Shown in pieces: positions 28,572-36,919 of a stretch of DNA of 39,562 bases (its first letter is position 1; every line of letters begins with the position of its first letter). A model generated the notes under the pieces. That model saw only the letters and a program-made list of their open reading frames with translations, searched no databases and was not told where the DNA came from. The translations under genes and the position numbers were made by a program. Where the stretch lies: positions 1-39,562 of the forward strand of contig JBDRCO010000069.1 of assembly GCA_043821645.1 (NCBI GenBank), read 5' to 3'. This DNA is from Pseudomonadota bacterium. GTDB taxonomy: Bacteria > Myxococcota > JACRCW01 > JAFGSX01.

Positions 28572-28763
28572 GCCCCCTCGCCGCCCGTGCCCCCTGTGTG
28601 CTGTGGATCACGCGAAAAGAATGCGACTGCGCCTTCCCCCGTGGCGTCTCTGAGGTGGGAGCAGCGGGGTGACCGCACGGGCTCCCCTGCGGCGACCATG
28701 TCGGTCGCCGGTGAACTCTTCGCGGGAGGGCGAACAGCCCGGGCCCGGACACAGGGAGCGCAC

Positions 28764-29255
28764 ATGGGTTTCTTCGACAAGGTCAAGCACTTCGCGGGTG
28801 GTCACGGGGTCAAGGCGCGCATCACCGAAATCGAGCGTCAGGATCCGGGCTCGGTGCAGTTCCCGCTCACCGACAGCGTCATGAAGTTCAACATCACAGT
28901 CGAGGGCGAAAAGGAGGCCACGGTGCTGGCCCACGACTTCGAGGTGTGGATCGAGCGCACCACCCAGGGCAGCGAGCGTATCGTACAGGTCGCCTCGGAC
29001 CGCCACGACGCCAGCACCGACATCATCGGCGCAGACATCAAGTGGCCCTACGCCCTGGCGCCGGGTCGGCCCATCACCGATGGCTGCTGCATAGGAGACG
29101 TGGATCTGGCGGCAGCGCTCAAGAAGATGGACGTGTCGGACCCGACCCAGGCCCTCAACAGTCCCGACTATCGCTTCTTCGTGAAGTTTGTCGCTGACGT
29201 GAAGGGCTCGCCCATGGATGCCGAGGCCACGGCGGATTTTACGGTCACGGCCTGA
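28764..29255 (+). CDS. Hypothetical protein, Spo0M/arrestin-like beta-sandwich (tentative)
   Basis: GGGAG RBS. N-terminus MGFFDKVKHFAGGHGVKA resembles Spo0M-like starts, C-terminal FVADVKGSPMDAEA. Strong GC3 bias. Confidence 0.6.
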   Translation: MGFFDKVKHFAGGHGVKARITEIERQDPGSVQFPLTDSVMKFNITVEGEKEATVLAHDFEVWIERTTQGSERIVQVASDRHDASTDIIGADIKWPYALAPGRPITDGCCIGDVDLAAALKKMDVSDPTQALNSPDYRFFVKFVADVKGSPMDAEATADFTVTA

Positions 29256-29332
29256 TAGAACACACCCCTTCGTCTCCTGCCCGGATCCAAATTCACCAGT
29301 TCATTGCTATGGTTACATGGCGGAGGTGATCC

Positions 29333-29926
29333 ATGCCCGGACTGCGTGACCTGGCCACGATGCCGTTCAAGGTCGGGGCCCGGGTCCTCGACGTGGCCAC
29401 CGGACAGTCGCGGGTCAACATCGATTCGCACACCACCGTACCGGGCAAGGACCCGGCGCGCTGGGCTGACGAGTTCATTCGCGATCCGTCCAAGATCTCG
29501 CCCGTCGCGAGCAACGCCCGTGTCGAGGGCGAGCGGCACGTGGGGCAGCCCTTTCCTCTCGGACCCGATATTGGTATCGCCATCCGATCCCGATCCGATG
29601 GCCGCACCACCGACGGTCGCGCCCAGACCGTGCTCGACGTGCAGTACTCGGGCGCCTTCGAGGGACCTGGCCGCATCACCATCACCCAGAATCGCGATGG
29701 CACCCTGGACGTGCGCGATCAGTGGAACGACGTCGTCAATAACTCCTTTTTGCCCACCCTGGCCGCCGAGACCGGGCACCCCATGGTGGCCGGCCTGGGC
29801 TTCAAAGGTATCGGCGATCGCGCCACGGGTCACCATGCCGACCTGATCAGCGATATCGGTAAATCCGTCGTCGAGACCTCGTTCAAGGTGATGACAGCGC
29901 CTTTCAGGATGTTCTTCGGCGGCTGA
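29333..29926 (+). CDS. Hypothetical protein
   Basis: GGAGGTG RBS, coding-like codon bias. No recognised motif (possibly an SRPBCC-like core). Confidence 0.7.
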   Translation: MPGLRDLATMPFKVGARVLDVATGQSRVNIDSHTTVPGKDPARWADEFIRDPSKISPVASNARVEGERHVGQPFPLGPDIGIAIRSRSDGRTTDGRAQTVLDVQYSGAFEGPGRITITQNRDGTLDVRDQWNDVVNNSFLPTLAAETGHPMVAGLGFKGIGDRATGHHADLISDIGKSVVETSFKVMTAPFRMFFGG

Positions 29927-29927
29927 C

Positions 29928-30389
29928 ATGCGTGCCCTCGACCTCCGTTCCGAAGCCATGGGGAATCCGCGTCTGGGCCAGACCGTGCGGCGCTTCTTTG
30001 GCCATGCGGGTCGCGGGGAGTGGGACCAGGCCGCAGCGCTGGTGAGCGATCCCCTGGACCTGCTGGGCGCACAGGTCGCGCGGGCAGACCTGGCGGGCAA
30101 CGACGACCGATCGCTGTCGGACACGGTGACGAGCCTGCTCGAGCTGCCGCCCGGCATCCCCTTCTCCCTCGACGAGCAGGGGCAGCTGTTTGGTGGCGCT
30201 CTCGCCGAGAGCTGGCGCGTGTGCTTTGTCACCCTGGCCATGGGCAAGGGACAGGACCCCGTGAGCTACGGGCTCGCCGTGGATCTGAAGAACCCAGCGC
30301 AGCCGCTGGTGGCGCGACTGTTCGATCCGGCCCCGTTCAAGCGCTTTGCGGCAGAGGTGGCCGAGGCCCGCCGTCCCGACGCACCCTGA
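29928..30389 (+). CDS. Hypothetical protein
   Basis: ATG 1 bp after the previous stop, coding-like bias. TVRRFFGHAGRGEWDQAAALV is reminiscent of an NTF2-like N-terminal helix. Confidence 0.65.
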   Translation: MRALDLRSEAMGNPRLGQTVRRFFGHAGRGEWDQAAALVSDPLDLLGAQVARADLAGNDDRSLSDTVTSLLELPPGIPFSLDEQGQLFGGALAESWRVCFVTLAMGKGQDPVSYGLAVDLKNPAQPLVARLFDPAPFKRFAAEVAEARRPDAP

Positions 30390-30404
30390 ACGCGCGCGGC
30401 GGCG

Positions 30405-31199
30405 TCACAGCAAGGCTTGCTGCACCGCGGTCTCGACCGAGACGGACCGTCGCTGCTCCACCACGGTCACCGGAGCGCGCACCCCTCGGCGCCTCAGTGC
30501 GCCTTCCAGAGCCTGCCGGGCCAGCACAGGTGTGTTGTTGTGCTCGGATACGTGCAGCCCGAGCACGCGGCGCAGGCGTGGCGTGGCCACGCGCTCGACC
30601 AGGACCGCGGCCTCGTCGTTGGACAGGTGTCCAAGCTCCGAGGCGATGCGCTTCTTGAGATGCCACGGATAGGGGCCGTCGCGCAGCATGGCCACGTCGT
30701 GGTTGGCCTCGATGCCCAGCACGTCACATTCGGACAGGGCCTGCTCGACCTCGCCGGTGACCACACCCAGATCGGTGGCCAGACCGAGTACCCGACCGTC
30801 CGAAAATCGAATTCGGTAGCACACAGGTGCCGCGGCGTCGTGCGAGATGTCGAAGGCTGTGATCTCCATGGGGCCGACATGCACGGGCTCCCGGGCGCGC
30901 AGCGGTGCTCGGGTGGCGCAAAACTTGGCATCCCACGGGATGGCCTGGAGGGTGTGCTCGGTGGCGTGCACGCGCAGGTCGTGACGTCGAGCCAGCACGG
31001 GAGCGCCACGCACGTGATCCACGTGCTCGTGGGTGACGAAGAGATCCTGCAGGCGATCGAGCTCGAAGCTCAGGGCCTGGCAGCGCTGGGTGAGTGCCCG
31101 GCGGGACAGCCCGGCGTCGATGAGCAGGGCCGCGTCGCCATCGCGCAGCAGCAGGGCATTGCCGCTGGAACCCGAGGCCAGCACGTCGATCCGGATCAT
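30405..31199 (-). CDS. MBL-fold metallo-hydrolase (YycJ/WalJ-like)
   Basis: LASGSSGNA, LIDAGLS, THEHVDH, SHDA, TDLG, EANHD, GPYPWHLKKRI, GHLSN, HVSEHNN. Confidence 0.93.
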   Translation of the reverse strand: MIRIDVLASGSSGNALLLRDGDAALLIDAGLSRRALTQRCQALSFELDRLQDLFVTHEHVDHVRGAPVLARRHDLRVHATEHTLQAIPWDAKFCATRAPLRAREPVHVGPMEITAFDISHDAAAPVCYRIRFSDGRVLGLATDLGVVTGEVEQALSECDVLGIEANHDVAMLRDGPYPWHLKKRIASELGHLSNDEAAVLVERVATPRLRRVLGLHVSEHNNTPVLARQALEGALRRRGVRAPVTVVEQRRSVSVETAVQQALL

Positions 31200-31212
31200 G
31201 GACGAACTCACT

Positions 31213-32937
31213 CTAGTAGGTGCTGCTGTCGGTGGTGATCCAGTATCCACTCCCCGCGGGTGGGTTCAGCGGTGTGAGTGCGCAGCCCGTGGTGGTGCCC
31301 TGGCCATCGACCTGGGTGGTGATGTCGACGACGCGCCACATGTCGCCGTTGCCGCTGAGTCCGCCCTCGTCGAAGCTCTGCACCTGGTCCGGCGCCTGAC
31401 CGTAGGTGCCGTGCAGCTCGCCGCCGCAGTAGACGTTGACCAGGGGGTGGGTCAACCGTGTGGTCGCGGTCCAGTGGTGCACCATGACGCGGAAGCTGTC
31501 GTTGTTCGCTGGATTGTCGAGGTTGATGTTCTCGGGAACGTAGCTCGTGCTCTGCGACACGTTGTCGATGTCCAGGCGTGGATTGGGGCAGCTGCCGGTG
31601 AAGCTGCCGCGCGCTCCCGGGCCGGTGCAATTGACGAGTGGGGTGCCGCTGTAACCCCAGGCCGTCTGCACGGAGGTGCCCCGGCAGGTGCTGAAATAGC
31701 AGTCCTTGGTGTTGAACCAGGCAGGCGTGTTGCCGGTCTTGCCCATGTGCAGGTCCACGTCGACGGTACCGCCGAAACTGCTGGCGGTGGGGCCGGTGGC
31801 ATCCCAGCACAGCTCCACGCGCAGGCCCGGTGCGCGCACGTGCACGATCCAGGTGCAGGTGAAGATGCTGGCGTCGGACAGCAGCACCTCGAGGGTCACC
31901 GCGTAGTCGCCGCTCAGGGTGAAGTCCACTGACGCGTCCTGCTCCTGGGCGTTGGTGAGCTTGTAGCTGAGTTGCCCGTTCTCGGCCGTGGCCGTGCTGC
32001 CGGGGATGCCCAGGAACATCTTGTCGCAGGGCGTGCCCTGGATGTGCCACTGCCAGGCCTCGGCGTCGGCGCCAGGGTAGAACTCCGCGCCGTGCAAGGG
32101 ATAGCTGCTGAAGGGACGTCCATCCAGCACCCGAGGATCGCCCGGGCCGGGGCAGGAACCCACGCTCACGCAGCCCTCGATCTCGTCGGTGCAGCCGTTG
32201 CAGTCGTTGTCGAGGTCGTCGCAGACCTCGGCACCGGGCGCAATGCCGCCCTCGCAGGGGCCCCACACCGAGCCCCACTCGCCCGCGCTGACGCAGACCT
32301 GCTGCCCGTCCTGGCAGGCACCGACGTTGCGCTTGCCCGGAGGACCGCGGAAGCAGCGCTGCACCTCGCCGGCCTTGCACGAGCACAGCTCGTCGACCAT
32401 TCCGTCGCAGTCATTGTCAAAGCCATCGCAGAGCAGCTGCAGGCCCTCGTCGAGTTCTGCCAGGCAGGCGGGGTCGACCTGCTGCGCCATGGGGCACAGA
32501 TCGACCTGCACCGCCCCTGCGTCAGGTGTGACGTAGATGCCCGAGCCGTCCGCTGCCGGGTGAAAGGCGTCGCCCGGGGCACCGCTGTCCGCTTCTATCA
32601 CCGAGCCCTGGTCAAGCCCGCCGCTGTCCAGACCGCTGCTGTCCAGACCGCTGCTCGCATCCAGGTTGTCACCGGAGGCATCCGTGTCTGTCGACGAACT
32701 CCCCGCGTCCACATCCTGGTGCGACAGGTCGGCCACCGGGCGATCGGGTGTCGTGCCCGTGGCGTCGCTGGCAGACGCGCCTGTGTCGCCGGAGAAGGCC
32801 GTGTCGTAGCGGTAGCCCACCGGGCCTGAGTCCGCAGTCCCCTGGATGCGTGACGTCGGGCACGCCGTGAGGATGGCCAGCACCAGGGCAGACAGGAGGA
32901 CGGTCCGGGACGAGGATCCAGCTGAAGAGGAGGGCAT
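31213..32937 (-). CDS. Cys-rich lipoprotein with MopE-like putative metal-binding repeats
   Basis: Lipobox ILTA-C, Asp/Ser/Gly linker, CDGFDNDCDGMVDE and CDDLDNDCNGCTDE repeats, C-terminal LRVELCWD...DVDLH...PRLDIDN...PENIN domain. Start uncertain (32937 or 32970/32973). Confidence 0.82.
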   Translation of the reverse strand: MPSSSAGSSSRTVLLSALVLAILTACPTSRIQGTADSGPVGYRYDTAFSGDTGASASDATGTTPDRPVADLSHQDVDAGSSSTDTDASGDNLDASSGLDSSGLDSGGLDQGSVIEADSGAPGDAFHPAADGSGIYVTPDAGAVQVDLCPMAQQVDPACLAELDEGLQLLCDGFDNDCDGMVDELCSCKAGEVQRCFRGPPGKRNVGACQDGQQVCVSAGEWGSVWGPCEGGIAPGAEVCDDLDNDCNGCTDEIEGCVSVGSCPGPGDPRVLDGRPFSSYPLHGAEFYPGADAEAWQWHIQGTPCDKMFLGIPGSTATAENGQLSYKLTNAQEQDASVDFTLSGDYAVTLEVLLSDASIFTCTWIVHVRAPGLRVELCWDATGPTASSFGGTVDVDLHMGKTGNTPAWFNTKDCYFSTCRGTSVQTAWGYSGTPLVNCTGPGARGSFTGSCPNPRLDIDNVSQSTSYVPENINLDNPANNDSFRVMVHHWTATTRLTHPLVNVYCGGELHGTYGQAPDQVQSFDEGGLSGNGDMWRVVDITTQVDGQGTTTGCALTPLNPPAGSGYWITTDSSTY

Positions 32938-33090
32938 GCGGGCTCCGGTGCCAATCACGAGGCGACGCATCATAGCTGACGGGACAGGGAGTGCATCCGT
33001 CAACAGATGGTTTTCCGCCTCGCCCAGGCTGGGCATGCCGGGCACTGGCTCCCGTGCTATACCCGGAGCACTTTCCTGGCTGGGGGGCCT

Positions 33091-33498
33091 ATGTCTGAGA
33101 AACCCGCCCTGAGTGTCCTCGTCGTCGAGGATGAATCCGAAATCCGCCGTGCCCTGTCGACCTACGCCGAGAAGCGCGGTTTCGTCTGCACGGCCGTGGG
33201 GGATGGCCGCCAGGCGCTGGAGCTGGGCCTGCAGCATCATTACGACGTGATTTTGCTTGATATTTCACTGCCGAGCCTGGACGGCCACCAGGTACTGAAG
33301 GGGCTCACGGAAAAGCGCGCGGTCGACGAGACCGTGGTGCTCTTCTTGACCGCGCACGACACGCAGCTCGACCGTCGGGTGGGTCTGGAACTCGGGGCCG
33401 ACGACTACGAGACCAAGCCCGTGCACCTGGCGACCCTGTTCAGCAAGATAGAGTGGTTGCTCGAGAAGCGGCGGCTGCGCAGCGGTGGCGGCGCTTGA
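33091..33498 (+). CDS. Single-domain response regulator (receiver only)
   Basis: VLVVEDE, DVILLDISLP (phosphoacceptor Asp), FLTA, GADDYETKP. No output domain. Confidence 0.92.
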   Translation: MSEKPALSVLVVEDESEIRRALSTYAEKRGFVCTAVGDGRQALELGLQHHYDVILLDISLPSLDGHQVLKGLTEKRAVDETVVLFLTAHDTQLDRRVGLELGADDYETKPVHLATLFSKIEWLLEKRRLRSGGGA

Positions 33499-33572
33499 GC
33501 CTGGGCTGAAAAAATCAAGAAGCCGGTGGTGCACCCGTTCTGTGCATGGACCTGAGTAGAGGCCTGTCCTGG

Positions 33573-35321
33573 CTAAGGGCACGCTCCGCTCGGGCAGTAT
33601 TCGACGCGGACCGCGTGGCTGCTCTGGTACTTGTCCGGCGTCATGTAGACCACGCGTTCACCGAGGCGCGTGTTGGGATGCGGGTTGGTGGTGGTGCAGG
33701 GCCACCGGCTGGCGTCGCTGCCGCTGCAGCTGCACACGTCGACCACGCCCGCAGGTTGCACGGTGGGATCACAGGCATCCACGACTTCCTGGTGACCCTT
33801 CTCGTCGAGATACCAGACCTGGGCGGTGCTGCCGTCGATGGACAGCAGGGCCTCGGCGCGGTGAGCCCCGCGGGTGTCGTGATCGCTGCGATCCCAGCAG
33901 GTCTCGCGATCGGCGGGACGCTGGATCGCCTCCACCGCCGGGCCGGTCTGCGCCCTGTCGACGGTGACGACGACGCTGAGCAGGTAGAGGCCAGGCTCCA
34001 CGAAAGCTCCATGGCGATCGGTCAGGTTCCAGCGGTAGCTGCGTTCACTCTTCCATTGCCCGGGTACGGCGGGAGCGGCGGTGGCGCCCTTGATGCTGGC
34101 CTCGGTCACGCCGTCGACGACCGGGCGTTGCATCATGCGCGGCAGGCACTGGTTGAGCTCGTTGGTGAAGACCAGTGGCGTCGTGCACAGCACGTCGATA
34201 TCCCATTGCTCGCCCGTGGTGCTCCTCCTGTCCACGGTGGCTGCCAGCGGAGTCCCTGCGTGGCTCCACTGCTCGGCCTCGATCAGAGCAGCCAGGTAGT
34301 TCGGGACGCGGTAGTTGAGGTATTGCCAGAAGCCCAGGTAGGGAGGGCTCTCGCGCGAATCCCGGCAATGGCTGATGGTGCCCGTGTAGCGCGTGTCTGT
34401 GCGCTGCTGGGTCGCCTCGTCGTAGTGGCAGGTTGTCCCCGAGGCGAAAGGTCCCTCGACCCAGATATCCACACCGTAGTGATTCATGGCACTGGTGCCG
34501 TCGGGCCACACGAAGAACTCGTCGCCGATGTCGTCCCACAGGTCTCGTAGCTCGAGCTGTATCTTGAGCTCGCCGCCCGCCACTGGAGCGCTGCTGTCGT
34601 CGGTCCGGGTGACCGTAAACGAGACCTCATCGCTGGTGCGGTCAGCGCGATCGCGTGCCCGCAGGGCGAACAGGTTGGTGCCGACGTCCAGATCGAGCCA
34701 GCCCACCCAGGTATCGTCCGCGGTCCCGGGGTGGATCTCGACCCAGTCCTGGCGGATGGTGGATCCCACCATCCATCGGACCTCGACGCTGGCGTGGGCC
34801 TCCCTGGCTCCACCGACCAGGAAGCGCGCGCCCGTGGTCGTCGTCGGAGGTGCTGGTGCATCGTAGCCGGGAGATGGAGGCGGCGTGATGTCGTCACCGA
34901 GGCCGGTGGTGAAGGTCCAGCTGCGGTCTTCGGCGAGCAGGTTGCCGGCCAGGTCCGCCACGGCGCCAGCACCGAAGAAGAACACGCTGTGGGCGGTGAC
35001 CACCTCGAGGGGGGCTGCCGGGGTCAGGGTGACCGTATCTGAATCGCAGCTCAGGGCTGCCGTCACACCGAGGACCTGGAACATGCCCGTGGTCACCGAG
35101 GCGCAGTGGATGGCCTCGCTGAAGGTGATGGACACCACGGTATCCAGGGCCACGTCCACGGCGTCGGCCTGCGGGAAAATGGAGGCGATCGTGGGTGGCG
35201 TTGTGTCGGTGGCTGCCGCGTCGGTGCCGGCATCGGTGTCGTCGTCGGGAGGCGGGCAGCCGAGGGGGCCGAGCCCGAGCATCACGAGGAGCGAGACACG
35301 GAGCAAGGTGTCACGAGCCAT
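33573..35321 (-). CDS. Lipoprotein with Big_5 Ig-like domain and DUF2271-like C-terminal domain
   Basis: Lipobox GPLG-C. DTTPPTIASIFP...SITFSEAI...VADLAGNLLAEDRSWTFTT (Big_5). C-terminal YGVDIWVE...VDGVTEAS...WNLTDRHGAFVEPGLY. AGGAG RBS. Confidence 0.78.
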   Translation of the reverse strand: MARDTLLRVSLLVMLGLGPLGCPPPDDDTDAGTDAAATDTTPPTIASIFPQADAVDVALDTVVSITFSEAIHCASVTTGMFQVLGVTAALSCDSDTVTLTPAAPLEVVTAHSVFFFGAGAVADLAGNLLAEDRSWTFTTGLGDDITPPPSPGYDAPAPPTTTTGARFLVGGAREAHASVEVRWMVGSTIRQDWVEIHPGTADDTWVGWLDLDVGTNLFALRARDRADRTSDEVSFTVTRTDDSSAPVAGGELKIQLELRDLWDDIGDEFFVWPDGTSAMNHYGVDIWVEGPFASGTTCHYDEATQQRTDTRYTGTISHCRDSRESPPYLGFWQYLNYRVPNYLAALIEAEQWSHAGTPLAATVDRRSTTGEQWDIDVLCTTPLVFTNELNQCLPRMMQRPVVDGVTEASIKGATAAPAVPGQWKSERSYRWNLTDRHGAFVEPGLYLLSVVVTVDRAQTGPAVEAIQRPADRETCWDRSDHDTRGAHRAEALLSIDGSTAQVWYLDEKGHQEVVDACDPTVQPAGVVDVCSCSGSDASRWPCTTTNPHPNTRLGERVVYMTPDKYQSSHAVRVEYCPSGACP

Positions 35322-35469
35322 GAGAATCTCCCTGCGAGAGCGCTTCGATGCGCGATCGAGTCCTGCTCGATAGCACCCGCGACGCGGGACGACAACCTGG
35401 TCACGGCGCTTGCCCGGCGGCCTCCGGTCCCCTATGCAGGCGTCCTTGAGTCTGTCGCCGAGGTGAAAG

Positions 35470-36765
35470 ATGCGGTTTCCGGGCAAGCGAAAGAGCAAGC
35501 ACTACTTCCCGGTGTCCGGGCAGACCTCGGCCTCGTTCTCGGACGATCTCCCGGATTCGGCAGTCTACGTCGTGGGCATGGACCAGCTGCTGGTGGACAT
35601 CGAGGCCCATGTCGACGAGGAGCTGCTGGTCGAGCTGGGCATCCCCAGAGGGCAGTCCCTGGTGCTGGACGACGCCACCATCGACCTGGCGTACCGTCAA
35701 CTCAAGGCGGCGGACGCCGTGGTGGGCGAGTTTGCCGGCGGTTCCATTGGCAACACCATGCACAATTACGCCGCGCTGGCCGACGAGCAGGCCGTGCTGC
35801 TGGGTGCCATCACGCGTCAGATCACCGTGGGGGACTACGCCTTTCATTACATTCGCAACACCAGCTCGCGTGTGCGCCTGACCCACCTGCATCCCGTGGA
35901 CGGGCCCATGGGCCGCGCGATCTGCTTCGTGACGCCGGACGCCGAGCGCAGCTTCGGCATCAGCCGGGGCATCATGGACGAGTTCCCACCCGAGGCCGTG
36001 CCCGAGGAGATCGTGGCCGGGGCCTCGGCGCTGGTCCTCACCGCCTACCTGCTCCGCGATGACAAGGCTCCCATTTGCCGTGCGACGCTGCGCGCTATCG
36101 AGATCGCCACTACGGCACGGGTGCCCGTGGTGCTGTCCCTGGGCACCGCGTCGCTGGTCCAGGCCAAGCGAGCCATGTTGCGCGAGCTGATCCAGCGCTC
36201 GGTGACAGTGCTGGCCGGAAACCTCGACGAGCTGCGCGCCTTGACTGGCGAAGACGACCCCTTGCTGGCGGGCAGCGCGGCTCTCGACGACACGGATCTG
36301 GTGCTGCTGACACGAGATCAGCATGGCCTTTACTTGTGTGGCCACGTTGAGCGGGAGCTGGCCCGCGAGACCCGGGACCAGATTCACTCCAAGTCCATCC
36401 CCGAATACAACCGCCTGGAATACAGCCGGGCCATGCGTCGCCAGGACTGCACCGATCCGGTCAAGATCTTCTCTCACATCAATCCCTACCACGGCGGCGC
36501 GCGGGTGCGGGCCAACACCAACGGCGCGGGTGATGCCGCCCTTGCGGCGCTGCTGCACGACCTGGCTGCCAACGTGCACCACCGTCAAGCCTCTCCCACC
36601 TCGCCGAAACACGAGGTCGGATTCTTGACCTACTCGTCCATCCACCAGATCTGCAAGTACGCCAACCGCGTGAGCTACGAGGTCCTGCGCCGCAACGCAC
36701 CGCGCCTGATGCAGGGCCTGCCAGAACGAGAAGATAGCCTCGAGGAAGCCTACTGGGAGGCCTGA
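35470..36765 (+). CDS. gsk: Inosine/guanosine kinase (PfkB family)
   Basis: N-terminus MRFPGKRKSKHYFPV, GGSIGNTMHNY, NTNGAGDAAL, FLTYSS, CKYANRVSYEVL, GLPEREDSLEEAYWE, as recalled for E. coli Gsk. Similar length. Confidence 0.95.
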   Translation: MRFPGKRKSKHYFPVSGQTSASFSDDLPDSAVYVVGMDQLLVDIEAHVDEELLVELGIPRGQSLVLDDATIDLAYRQLKAADAVVGEFAGGSIGNTMHNYAALADEQAVLLGAITRQITVGDYAFHYIRNTSSRVRLTHLHPVDGPMGRAICFVTPDAERSFGISRGIMDEFPPEAVPEEIVAGASALVLTAYLLRDDKAPICRATLRAIEIATTARVPVVLSLGTASLVQAKRAMLRELIQRSVTVLAGNLDELRALTGEDDPLLAGSAALDDTDLVLLTRDQHGLYLCGHVERELARETRDQIHSKSIPEYNRLEYSRAMRRQDCTDPVKIFSHINPYHGGARVRANTNGAGDAALAALLHDLAANVHHRQASPTSPKHEVGFLTYSSIHQICKYANRVSYEVLRRNAPRLMQGLPEREDSLEEAYWEA

Positions 36766-36919
36766 GAGTTCGCCTGCGGCGCGTGCCGTGGCGCTCGCAG
36801 CGTCTTGGTCAGTTCGGTCTGTGACCTGAGGATCTTGACGGTTCAGCAGGCAGATTGCCGCTGGCTCGAACCGCTGCTATATCCGCGTCGTTTGCCAACC
36901 CTCATCGGAAACTGCCACC

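Noticed and set aside
28597-28612. CRP/FNR-like site TGTGC-N6-TCACG upstream of 28764
   Set aside because: Two mismatches to consensus and no recognisable promoter alongside. Could be chance.
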